64,000 nt of DNA, from contig JBJCIZ010000239.1 of assembly GCA_051294375.1 (NCBI GenBank), positions 4,843,581 through 4,907,580 of the forward strand, in the 5' to 3' direction. Below the pieces are notes generated by a model. It had not been told where the DNA came from. It worked only from the letters and a program-made list of their open reading frames with translations, and searched no databases. Each line of letters starts with the position of its first letter. Within the stretch, counting starts at the first letter, position 1. This document shows, in pieces, positions 51,196 through 63,357 of this stretch. The position numbers and the translations under genes are program-made. The DNA is from Paraspadella gotoi (lineage: Eukaryota > Animalia > Chaetognatha).

Positions 51196-51563
51196 AACGA
51201 GCCGCGTGTCGATGATCCAATTGTATGGGTATAAATACTGGTCCATTTTGTATTGAATCCATCTGTCTAAAATTCTGACACCTTCTTTGTTGTGTCTTTT
51301 CTAAGAATAAATCCACTTTTGGTTTCATGTTGAAATCTGTCTACTTACTTAAATGTGATATTAGCCGTGCGATTCGAACCCACGCTCCAAAGGGACTGCT
51401 GCGTGGGGATGACAGAGATCTCAAATAGTTTTAATTTCGTTTCGATGGAAAGATTCTAAAAACAATATAATTCTTTTAATTATTAATTTTTGATTAATTT
51501 TGATTATTAATTTGATTAATTAATTTATTTATTAATTTTATTTCGTTATTCTTTTTGGTAAGG

Positions 51564-51663
51564 ATGGGAGGCTCAAACGAAAATCTCGCCTTTCTCTTCA
51601 AACACTATGTTGAGTCTGAGAACAAAGAGGAAACGATGCAACAAATAAAGTTTTTTCTTCAAG
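51564..51663 (+). CDS. Paralog 2, first visible exon
   Basis: Homologous to 41629-41728, with the same length and the same g|gt boundary. Confidence 0.6.
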
Positions 51664-51908
51664 GTCACTCTTTACAATGTAGCAATGTCGCGCACTATGA
51701 CAGTATGACTCATATAAGCAACCGAGAGTCATCTTTACATACAACAATTACAAAAATACATAATAACTTGTAGCTTTGGGTCCGGAAAATATGAATATTA
51801 TTCATTGAATAAAGTAAAAAGTATTATAATTTTTTAGAAATTTCTTTTTATACATAACATAATACATACATACATAACATAATACATAACATGACGTTTT
51901 TTCCACAG

Positions 51909-53632
51909 GCGGATTTAGTCCGACCTGTCAAGTCGTCTTTAAGGAAAAGAAAAGGACCCTTCTCAGTCTGGCATCATCTTGTGAAGATCTCATGAACGCC
52001 ATCTGTTCCTCATCACCGTACATCATCATCGACGACTATCTCGACCACCACTCCATTGCAAAAAATGAAATAAGAACCCAGGTCGAAGTCCACAACCCGG
52101 TCGGCGAGAATGAAGAAGAAATAGCAAGGGATGAAGCCATTGTAAAAGAGGAAGAAATCCAAAATGAAGATTGTTCCAGCAACGCCAAAGGTGATGATGA
52201 TAATCATTCTTTGCCAAGCAATGATTCTGACAGTTATCATCATTATGATGAAGATACTGAAAGTAGTTTTTACTTGAATCATCTTTTTACTAGCGAGTTG
52301 ACTGTAATTATCAATGAAGATGACAGGTGTGAATCCTCTGATGACAGAAGAGACAATGATGAATCTGAAACCTCTTTGCCCAAAAATGTAGATAAAACTG
52401 ATGATAAAAATAACAATAATGAGTCTTGCATCATTAATCTAGAAAATGAAACTATCGCTTTTGCTGAAAGTTTTGATTCACCCACCAAGAAAATAGATAT
52501 ACACAAGGTTGACACCATTGCAAGCTTTGCCAATTCAGAAGAGCAGAATGATGACGACTTTGCTATTGAAGTTACCCATCAGAAAAAAGAAACAAAAATG
52601 AAAGAAGAAACTCAAGATGATGCAGAAGAAATACAAAATTCAGGTAGAGTTGTAGAGGAAGAAAACAGGGATGAAACATCAGATAAAAAAATTTTTGAGT
52701 CCAAGTTTAAAAAAATTTGGAATGGCGTAAAGCGAACCAAAGCTGAACTCAAAACAAAAGCAGCCTGGGCTTTGCCCACCGAAGTAAATTGTTTCATGGG
52801 CCAAAGTGAAAGTCAAGTCCAACTTATTAAGTATTGTGAGGCAAGGAACATTGGGTCTGTAAGATTTGGTTCAACTAGGTCCTTGAATCAAGACAAATGT
52901 CCGAATGGAGAACCAAAAAAAACCTTATGTCAACAAATGTGTTACATTGACTTTAATAATCCTGTTTGCAGTCATTTTGGATCAAAATCGGTTGCAACTT
53001 ATGCAGGATTCTTTAGAGGTTCGGATCAAATTTTGGCTGTTTCGATATTTAGCGACGCCAATGAGTTTGCAGCGTTGGTGAAAGCCATGAGACGATTTTG
53101 GAGGGACTCTACCAATAGGTCAGAAGAAGAAAAGCTTACCAATGTATTATATTATTATGGGAAATATGAAAAAGAGGAAACACATTATCTGGTCACCGAG
53201 CTTTGCAATTTCTCGATTGATATCATGGGTAACGTAAGTGAACAACTGGTAAATGTAATAGGTTGGCAAACAAACAGAACAAAGGCAATTGACAGCAACA
53301 AGACAATAGAAAATATTTTTGACGAGATCACTCTTCAAGGCAATAACGTGATGGATATTCAACAGAAGAAATATAATATTGCTGCTCAATTATGGAGCGC
53401 CGGGTGTATTGCCCAATGTTATCTTAAAGACTTGAAACTTATTGCAATACTTGTCATTGAGAAAGATGTAGATTATCTTCAGATCAAGATAGTTGTTGCT
53501 GAACCAGAAGTCAATGACAAATGGACAGAAATGGCGACGAAAGCGATGCAAGTTGGTTTTACTAACCAACATATATCTCGTGTGCGACCAAATATACAAA
53601 TCACAACCACAGATAGTATTGTCAAAGAACCG
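51909..53632 (+). CDS. Paralog 2, large exon (ankyrin-like, acidic linker, pseudokinase-like)
   Basis: tttttccacag| ... |gtgagt with an intact frame. It aligns end to end with paralog 1 and the reading frame is preserved. The kinase-like part is more conserved than the linker. Confidence 0.8.
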
Positions 53633-53757
53633 GTGAGTTTTTTATAAATTATAAAGCTTTGTATAATCAAGTTGGTGACAAATACCTCTTCACCTATATC
53701 TTAGGGCTTTATAATCCCCTTAGCTAAGCAGTAGGCTCATAGTATTTCAACTATATA

Positions 53758-55450
53758 CAGTGTGTCCCAATGGTACTGTCGGTTAAATTTTACATATTAT
53801 GCGGATCTGTGTTATTAAATGTTATTTTTGAAATAACAATGTCAAAGAAAAGTTCTTACCATTTATGATATTTTATTAAGCCAGAACAAAATGGTTGCTA
53901 TTTATTCAATAAATTATTATAAAATCAAATAAAAATGTAATATGAACAAGGTAAGTAGATTATTTTAAAAATAATTAATACTGCATTATAAAAGCTCTGG
54001 AGCTAAAAATATGAGGTAGTTTCTTACTTTCCTGCATCTAAAGAAAAGATTTAAAACATTATTCAATCAATATTATAAAAAATATTTGATAAATATTAAA
54101 AAATAAATTATTTTTTAAAAAGTCGGTGAAAATTTTTTTAACCAATTTTTTCATGAAAAAACTACAGGAGTTTACTTTGTTCAATATTTAAAATTTAGGT
54201 ATCTTATAAAATGGTACATACTTGTGCACTAAGGCTTAGTAAAATTTCTAAATTTAACTTTAATTAAGATTCTTAAAAGTGAGGAACGAACAACAATATA
54301 CTAATAAACATTTGTGTAATAAAATGATTTATAATAAATTTTACAATTTATGCAGTTGGCCATATTTAGTGGAGATCCTGATTTTATTATATTAGCAAGA
54401 AAGTAAATAAATCGCCGGCCGAATTCTTTAAAAATTCCCAATGCCCGCTAAGAAATATTTTGCTCCCTCTGTTCAAACGCCGGTCGCAAAACGTTACCTT
54501 ATTTGGAAGTATTTTTAGGAATTGTTTACTTTACAAATGCTAAACCAAATTTTCTCTCTCTCGCCATTATAAAAATGAATGCCACTTTGTATAATTAGCC
54601 AATTCGATTCCATCGCTTTTCTGATTTCAATAAATCGATTCATCTCATTTTGTTCGCCATTTCTATCTCGACCACCTCCACTATTTTATACTAGTACTAA
54701 TCCAATAAATGTTAAAATTTTAAAACAGTTTTTTCTAAGATTTTTTGCAGATTTGGATTTGTCATAAAAGGTTGATAGAAAGAAATATAATTTTTTTTGA
54801 AAAATTCCTTCATTAAAGGGGTAAAAAAATTAGAAAAAGCTATATTTAAGCTGAAAATTAAATTTTATATATTAAATATAGTTTTTTAAATTTTTAACCT
54901 ACTTAATGAAATAATTTTTTAAAATGATTTATATTTTCTTTTTATCAACTTTTGACGAGGAATTCAAATCTGCAATCAAAATTAAGAAAAGCCTATTTTG
55001 AAATTTTTCGATTTTATAAGGATAGTACTTATATATAAATATAGCCTACTGCGAAAATTAAAAAAACATAAAATAATTTTTTTTACAAATTAATGTTCAC
55101 TGATGGTATGTTGTTCATAATTGACTTTTAGAATTTTCGTATGTAACTTTCACTACGCCTTAGTGCTGCAGTGTGCAGCGTGCCGGGTCCCGTTATCATT
55201 TTATATGGATAGTACTATAGTATATAAATATAGCCAACTGCAAAAATTGAAGAACATAAAATTATTTTTTTTTAATTTTTAATTTAATGTTCACTGATGG
55301 TATGTTGTTAATAATTGACTTTTATAATTTCCGTACGTAACTTTCACTACGCTCTATTGTGCACATATTCATTATAATAAATTTAAGTTTTTCGATCTTG
55401 TATAGAAGCGGTAAGCTTTTCTTAACCGACAGTACCATTGGGACACACTG
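53758..55450. mobile_element. Non-autonomous Tc1/mariner-type DNA transposon (1693 bp) in an intron of paralog 2
   Basis: Perfect 29-bp TIRs cagtgtgtcccaatggtactgtcggttaa (53758-53786, 55422-55450) with TA on both sides. Absent from the matching intron of paralog 1 (~43765). No transposase ORF. Confidence 0.9.
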
Positions 55451-55557
55451 TAGTTATGCTTTGATACTAGTTTCTTTGATAAGTGGGTTCAGCCATTACC
55501 GGCTATCCTAACATTGCCAAAAGTTTAGTGGTAAATATACTTTTTTATTCCTGATAG

Positions 55558-55641
55558 ATAAGCATTGGAATAATTGAAGCTATGAGTCCTGTTACTATTG
55601 AAAACCGGCCTAAGAAAGATTCAAGCCCCGAAATAAAGGAG
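55558..55641 (+). CDS. Paralog 2, 84-nt exon; later exons lost in or beyond the 100-N gap
   Basis: ttttttattcctgatag| ... |gtaagg; homologous to 43880-43966. Confidence 0.75.
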
Positions 55642-55668
55642 GTAAGGATTAGTTATAGTTATATTTGT

Positions 55669-55827
55669 TGAAGTAATCCTTTATTTTTCATTGTTAGTAG
55701 TGATTAGAGAATTGACAAAAGTTTTTGTTTGCAACAAATTTTATTTATAGTTAAATAATAGACATGTTTCGACTTGTTTTACAAGCCTTCATCAGCGCTG
55801 ATTTTAAAAAACTTTGTCAATTCTTTA
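55669..55827 (-). mobile_element. 159-bp insertion with 12-bp TSD carrying a hammerhead ribozyme core (55761-55795)
   Basis: Flanked by agttatatttgt twice (55657-55668, 55828-55839); paralog 1 has a single copy. The minus strand reads CTGATGA-a-ggcttg-taaaa-caagtc-GAAA-CATGTC. Confidence 0.75.
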
Positions 55828-56157
55828 AGTTATATTTGTGAAAACCAAACATTTTCAATAATGTGTTTATACAATTTTTAAATTGTTAAACTGTTAGAAT
55901 AAACATAATTGTAATGATAAAGAATAATTTTAAAGCGCCGATATCACAGTTGATATTTCTTGAAAGAGATTGCGTAATAAGGCGTAGTGAATGTTACATA
56001 CGAAAATTTTAAATATAAATTATGAATAACATACCATCAGTAAACATTAATTTGTAANNNNNNNNNNNNNNNNNNNNNNNNNNNNNNNNNNNNNNNNNNN
56101 NNNNNNNNNNNNNNNNNNNNNNNNNNNNNNNNNNNNNNNNNNNNNNNNNNNNNNNNN

Positions 56158-56800
56158 TAATTGATAAAAGATTCTATTTGAATCGAGATTCAAAAGTCGA
56201 TGGTAAAGTCGATGACAAAATCGCCGACGAAGTCGCCAACAAAGTCACCGGCGAATTCGGAGCATTTCGGCGGCGTGGAGATTTTCTATTTTTTGTCATA
56301 TCCAAATCTCCGTCGTTGTATGGGGTTGGAGAGGCAGGTGAAGAGCAACGGGCTTTTTTTGAATTTGCTTTTCAAGCTTTTAGTTTTTATCAATCATGAT
56401 TCTTTTAACTTCAGTTAAATTTTGTTTTAATTCTACATCGCTCACTAAGTCACGAATTTCTTCAAAGATTATCTTTGGGTGGCATAGTATTACGACTGAT
56501 GGAAGAATTATTAATTGTAGACAAAATCAAAACAAAGCATTTAAGAGCAATTAAAATTTTTGTTGTTGAACGGCGTGTCTACAAGATGGTTTACATAGTT
56601 TTTACTCTGTTACTGGAGAAAGCGATGCCTTTTTATTCGTGTATAATTGTTTAGTTACGTTTAGATCGATAGAATCATTTGTTTCCGTTGAATATCTGAA
56701 TAGGGTTCCGTTAACCTAGGACTAAGCTCTGACGAACAAAGCCCGAGGTTTTTTATAAATATAGAAAATATTAACCAAAATCTTTTGAAAATTCACCCCT
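56158..56800. repeat. Direct repeat of 63358-64000; ~56755-56955 also recurs at ~57680-57875
   Basis: Near-identical with small indels. Either paired terminal repeats or a tandem/assembly duplication. Confidence 0.85.
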
Positions 56801-57899
56801 TCTTTGGAAGATTTTCGCCATAGAAGATTTCCCGAATCTGACTCCCGTTGAAAAACTCTTAGAATTCCCGATCATTAGCTTCCTCTTTTACTTTTACTTT
56901 AAATATAATTTCACCAAACATGGGGACTAATGTGTCACCTTTACCATGATCGTAACATCTCAATAACCTAATAGAAATTGTAAATAGTAAAAATTTGAAA
57001 GGAGCGGGCCTGTCTTCAGCGGAATACTATTGCCCAAAGGATCCATAATTGGACCCCTCATTTTATTGATACTAGGTAACTACCAGCTGCATCAGTCACG
57101 TTTTATGACGAGTCCCTCAGTTTTCAAGGAAAAAATCCCTTTCAATTTCTATATAAAGGCTTATTTAGCGAGCGATGTGAAAGGCAGAATTGAATTTTCG
57201 TCGAGAAAGCAATCTATTTGGTTCTGGCTTGGTTTGGATAACAATGTTTTGAGTGATTCTGACAAGGTGGAGAAAAAAAAATGGCGAGCCCTTCACGGAA
57301 TGCACACAGATGCATCTCGGGGATACAAGTGTGTTTACAGTTGATATTTTATCAGAATTTTTTAACGCAGTAGCGTTTATTAGTGTTTGGATATGATTCA
57401 GCATTTGGGAACGAAAATCTCCAATTGAAAAAGTCTTCCCTCGATCTCTTACCATAAGCACGTAGGATGACTCCTAGATTAAGACGATCGCTTAATTTTT
57501 AAGGAACTTTCGATTAACCGGTTAAAAGTAACTCTGCCTGTTCTTTGTGAGGAGTCTTTTGGGTTAGTGAAGCTTTCGTTGGCTACGGAGGTGTTGCTGC
57601 GACAAGGCAGAGCTTGTTTTTAATATATTCTTATATTGTTTAATATTAAGTTTCAAAAAAATCCGAACCTATAAAAATGATAGAAAATAATTTAACCAAA
57701 ATCTTCGAAAATTCCACCCTTATTTGGAAGATTTTCGCCATAGAAGATTTTTCCCCATCTGACTCCCGGGTTGAAAACTGCTTAGAATTTTCCGTCGTTA
57801 GCTCCTCTACTTTTACTACTTAAATAAATAATTTCACCAAAATGGACTAATTCACTTTACACTGATCGTATAATATTTAAAATAACAAATAAAGAAGGC

Positions 57900-58504
57900 G
57901 GTCGTCCGACATGGTGGCTCCAGTAAAGGCTACTGATTTTTCAGATTTTGAGTTACCAGAATCCTCTTCTTGAGTAATTTGGACACGCAGGGCAATACTT
58001 TTTGCTGCATTGATTGTGCGCGAATCTTCATTACATCCTAAATCAATGGCATCCCGGTATGGCTTAGGCAGAGCTCTCGGAATCTGAAAAACAGCTCCCG
58101 GGCTCTCGCATCTACACCCAAGTCTTTTTCGTATTTTTGACTTTCTTAATAATCCTTGCAGCCAAATGATGCATGGACTCTTTGCCATCCCATTCGACTG
58201 TAGATTTCTTAGCTTGCAACGTATGCCTCTTGAGGATCTTTTAATAAGGTATCATTTTGGTTTAACCTGATCATAAGTTCTATCAGGAATCATTTTAAAT
58301 ACTTCGGAGCTGGATCATCCAACTTCAAAGGCAGCCAATGAAGGCATAATTCATGCTTTCTAACTTCGGTAGAGGCTGAGTAGCCAAAGCAACAGCTTTC
58401 TCAAAGAGCTCAATCCATTCCTCGAAATCATCGTTCTCGGAATCAAACTTGTCCACAGGAAGGGACGAAGCTGCTTTCTCACGAATGGTACTAGCGGTGG
58501 CCAT
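57900..58504 (-). pseudogene. Frameshifted Gypsy-like gag (capsid) ORF
   Basis: From ATG 58504, across frameshifts: MATASTIREKAASSLPVDKFDSENDDFEEWIELFEKAVALA, HWLPLKLDDPA, WDGKESMHHLAARIIKKV, RALPKPYRDAID..TINAAKSIA. This follows the retrotransposon Gag pattern F...D...W...FE, ES...A.R, LP..T...A...A. Confidence 0.6.
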
Positions 58505-58625
58505 TTGAGGTTATGTAAAAGGTGAGAGGTATTGGTAACAAACAATCAAAGCGAACAGAAACAAGAGCGAATTGGTATATTTTGAAGGGAACAAATCACT
58601 CAAGCTCTGTCAAACAGAGGATGAG

Positions 58626-59386
58626 TCATGGGAAATCTGTAATGTCGTATGAAAGGAGTGAAAGTGTCTTGGGCGGACCCTGAGTGATTATGTATGGCAA
58701 CATCTCATGAAGATAGTTTGCATATTGGGCATAAAGCGATTCGGTACTTCTTATAATATAATTGGTTAATTTCCAGACGAGTTTTGGGGTGATCGAAGAA
58801 GGTAGAGCCCAATTTTGAGCTAAAGGACCTGAAGATCTCGGAATTGTTAAGAGTGAAGGTGTTAGATTCAAAATCAGCTTCAGGGTGATCGAAGAGAGAA
58901 ACACTCGATCTTGAGACAAGCTGAGCAGGACACAACTTGTATGAAACTTTTAGGGCAACAATAAGTTTCTACTTGTCGAAGGAATTGTTCAGTCACCTGG
59001 CTGACACGATAGTCCAATTCGTAGACAGGAATGTTGCAGCTAAAGGTTATGTCATCAAGATTGACCTCAAATGAAGTAATTTTGAAGTCAGGATAAAGAG
59101 GAATGCGTTTCTCGATAAAGTCGATCAATTCTCCATCTGATTGACGCAATTTAGTGTAATGATCTGCCCAATCGCATTTAATTCCACTATCCAAGACCCA
59201 CTGATTATAAAGTTGTACTTGGTCGTCAAATGGTCTTCTATGTGCGAGGGGAATGTTATTTAGCGTTTTCTCTAAGTATTCGTAAAATCTATTTTCGCAT
59301 TGAATCGCACGTGAAATTTGAGGTTGGGTCCGGGCTTGTGCTTTTTCTCGTTGAACCCCAACAGCAAGGGTTTGCAAATCTACCAA
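58626..59386 (-). pseudogene. Frameshifted Cys-containing ORF of unknown function upstream of gag
   Basis: A 168-aa complex-composition ORF continued by two overlapping frames, containing CSAC and CPIC pairs. Confidence 0.4.
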
Positions 59387-60320
59387 ATACTCTCTCGCTT
59401 TCCCAAGAGTGATGAGGTGTAAAAAGTAAAATTTAGCAGTGCACGATTTAAAGTTCCAACAATAACGTAGTAAAATAAAGATTTGGTGAGAGAAAGTTGA
59501 ATAAAAACGTTCGCAAGGAATAAAAATTTGTAGAGAATAAAATGGTGTAAAATGTCTTTATAAAAATGATTGTAGAAAAGTTCGAAAGTTTATATTTTAA
59601 TAAAACAGTTCATAAAATGACAGAGGTGTCAGAATACAGGTTCAGCACTTCTTGCATCGAAGAGAAATCAAATTAAAAGACACCAATCGTCCATGGAACT
59701 TCCAGACGGTGTAAAATCCCGTTGTCCTGATCCGCCAGGGGCTGGTCAAGCCAACCCCTTTTCTTGTCCTTGGGAAGTGGGTGAAATCGACTCGCAAGGA
59801 TGTTCCACAGAAACTTTGGAGTGAAAATAATATATGGAATATGAGGGTATTAGGGGAGCACCGTGCTATTTGTAGAGGCGGACTTGCAAATAAACCGGTG
59901 GAGTCGTGCCACACGAAGAGATGGTTGATCAGGCCGATCTCCTCCGAGCCTGTAGTCAAGTATTCCAAATAATACCACGCGACAAAGTGTTACTGGCAAT
60001 TGCGGAGCTTGCCTTCTTTACAACGTCGAAGCGTTGGACTGCGCACGGACACTCCAAAAGAGCCAACCAAGTCTCAAGCGCCAGCAGTATCTGGCTCCAG
60101 GACAAGGCTCGGTCGAAATCCACGGAGAAAATGATATTGAAATGAAAAGAACCAAATAACTTCACAGTCTAGCTGAACCAAGGCTATCAAAACAGCAGGA
60201 CTGCTGATGGAAACAGTCTCCAATCCACAGTGCTCAGAGTTGACCCGAAAGACTTGTGGGTAACGAAGCACGCTTCAGAGAAAGTAAGCGTGTGAACTGT
60301 CGACAGTGGGTGCTCCACAA

Positions 60321-61254
60321 AACAAGTTTGAGCAAACAATGTCGGATCTGCCTACGATAATTAATTAATTAATCGATTAATTAATTAATTTTTTAAATGT
60401 AATAATTAATTTTAAATTATATTCAACTTATCATCATCGATGTCCTTAAAATTGGTTAGGACAGTTATTAAATATGTTTTGTTTACATTTTATCAAAACC
60501 AACAAATATCCTCTATTTTATTTAGTCTCCTTCTCTCTCTCTCTCTCTCTCTCTCTTTTTATGCAATTGCGACGATCTTTATGCTTTTAAGATTTTTTTA
60601 ACTTGCATCACTTTTTCACATTAATTTCAAATAAATAATGGTAAGCGACTATTAAATAATATGAAAATGAAAATAATTTTTAAATTTTGCTTATCAATTT
60701 TTTATAGATCTCTGATAGAGCTTTAAAAGTTAGATATAAGGTTATTAATACAACTTTTTAAAATTTTTTGTGTTTATTAATGAAAAATTTAAAAAAATAA
60801 AATTCAGCCAATAATGATGATGATGATGATTTTTTAAGGTTTTTTCTATTTTTAACCCAATTTATTGTCAAAATTTGAAAAAAATTATAGTACTAACTTT
60901 CATTTAACTTTTAAGCTCTACAAGAACCCGTTCTTTAAAAAATCAAATTTTAATTTTTTTTGTCATTTTGTATATATTATAAATATTTAAAGCTCAGTGC
61001 AACAACCCAATGAACTATTCAAAAAGTTACATTGAAAATCGATTTAGTAGTAGAAGGAAAAAAGAAATTTTTTGGGGAGAACTAAGGTTAAAAAGTGTTC
61101 AATTTTGGCCCCTTACTAGATATATTGCATATGATTAAACAATGGTTATCGGAATAATAATTTTATCAATTTTATGTATTTTGTAAGTATTTTAAGTATT
61201 TTTATTCAGCGAGTAAAATAACAACTTTTTTATTCGCTAATTTTTTTATTCGGA

Positions 61255-61290
<36 letters not shown>

Positions 61291-62230
61291 GCAATTTGCA
61301 CGATCCTTGCTCCCATTTTTCTGCTTTCTCTCTCTCTCTCTCTTCTCTCTTTGCAAATTGCGACGATCCTTATGCTCATTTTTCTGCTCTCTTTCTCTCT
61401 CTCTCTCTCTCTTTGCAATTGCGACGCATCCTTTATGCTTTTAGGATTTTTTTAAATTGCATCATTTTTTCACATTAATTAATTATTAATTAAAACTTAT
61501 TTAGTAATCATAAATTAGTAATCATAAATTAATAATTATAAAGATTCAAGTAAATGTGACTTATGTTTTTTTCCATTTAAACTCATTTACAATGGCACAA
61601 TTCCATCAAAACTTTATAATCTAGCTTCTTCACACCACTTTCCTACCCGCTCACAAAATTTCATTCAATCTATTATGGGGTAAAATAAGTAAAAAGATTC
61701 AAGTAAATGTGACTCATATTTTTTTCATTTAAACTCATTCCACTCGTACGTTTCCACCGAAACTTTATATCAAGCGCATCGTTACACATTTTTCTACCAC
61801 ACACAAAAATTTGAACTCAATCTATCCATCCAATTATGATTAATTAGAGTACTTATTAGTTAAATAAGTAAAAATATTTTAGTAAAATGCGACTTATGTT
61901 TTTTCCACTTAAACTCATTTCCACTCACACGATTTCGTCGAAACTTTATATCCAGCTTTATCACACACTTTCCTACCCACCAAAATTTCATTCCAATCCA
62001 ACCAGCCAATCACGAGTTATTGGAGCTTTTTGCTAAGGTGGGATGGATTGATTGACGGGACGGACGGACGGACGGACGGACGGACATCGTTTTTTTTTTG
62101 CATAATTTATCATAATTCGATGTTCTGACATGATATAAGTGTGTGCCGACAATATTGAGGGGGCGGACCGACGGACCGACAAAGTGAGTTATAGAGTCGG
62201 GATCTGCTGATAAGCAGATCTGACTAAAAA
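60321..62230. mobile_element. Non-autonomous Helentron/HINE-type element with terminal hairpin
   Basis: Same ends as 49165-50154. Has (GGAC)n at ~62057-62084 and the terminal hairpin agtcgggatctgct-gata-agcagatctgact (62195-62225). Flanked by A-runs, consistent with a TT target. Confidence 0.65.
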
Positions 62231-63357
62231 GTGGATAGGACGATGCACCACTGTTGGAGGCGGATTTATGATGGGAAGGTGGCTCACGTCAGGTGGTATT
62301 GAGATCGCATCGGGGTCTCCCACGTCGTCCTCCAAACTGAGTCTGAGCGGGCGGCGCAGTCGACAGAAGCAATAGTCATATCGTATGGATCTATGAGATA
62401 TGAGAAGCACACAATTTGACAGGGAGACGCTGACCANNNNNNNNNNNNNNNNNNNNNNNNNCGATACGCGGAGTAAATTTAAGCAATACCCAACTACAGA
62501 TATAATGATTTGCTTTCTCTTTCGTCAGGGTTGATATTTATTAAAAAAAAATTACTTTTTTTTTTTTATTAAAAGAAATTGGATGTTTCCACTTTAATTT
62601 CTTTCTCGTAGCCTTCTTTTACCCGAAAACCTCTTCACTTGTCCTCAATCATAATCGTTTCACAGGGAAAGATCGGCCGTCTGAACTGTAGTTTTTACGG
62701 AATCCAAGGATTTTCTTTACGAATTTATTGTACAACACTTATTTCCCCATTTATTTACTTCTACAAGAATAAACATATTTACGATTTATTCGTCATTTAT
62801 ATCTCTTTGAGATTTAGAAAACCTTGCTCCCTGTTACAGCCAGTTCATCCGACGGCCGACGCCTCAACGCGTGACCCTCGACAGTAAAAACTACGCAAAC
62901 CGCCTCGTGGACTCGCCGTTCAACAAAAAAAAATATTTTAAATTCCTCTTCTCGAAATTCCTCGTTTGATTCTTTAAAAAAATGGAATAAAAACAAAATT
63001 TTTTTTCGCGAAAATGCCGCGAAGTCGATGGCAAAGTCGATGGCAAGTGTGGTTAGCTCACAGAGACAGGCCACAGCATGACGAAGTGACTGACCAACTG
63101 AAATGAGTCAGTTCTAAGACGTTGGAACGAAGGTGATTAGCGGAGGTGATTAAGTCGCAGGGAAGGTGATTCGTTTAACGTTAAGATGATTGTTTATTTG
63201 TTTAACCAATTTAGAAATAACTCAGATTCGATTAGAGATGAATTGATTGGTTGGCAGATTTTATTGATTGGTTAGAAACATTAACGAGTTCATTTAGTTT
63301 TGTTTCAACACTTTCTTAATGTAGTTTACATTTGTTGATTAATAAAAAACGAGTTTT

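Noticed and set aside
51361-51410. tRNA gene (minus-strand GGTTCGAATC B box)
   Set aside because: Only a T-arm-like fragment with no cloverleaf; at most a SINE remnant.
56727-56750. CTGACGA as another hammerhead core (also CTGATGA near 24387 and 35096)
   Set aside because: No paired helix II with a correctly placed GAAA and cleavage triplet.
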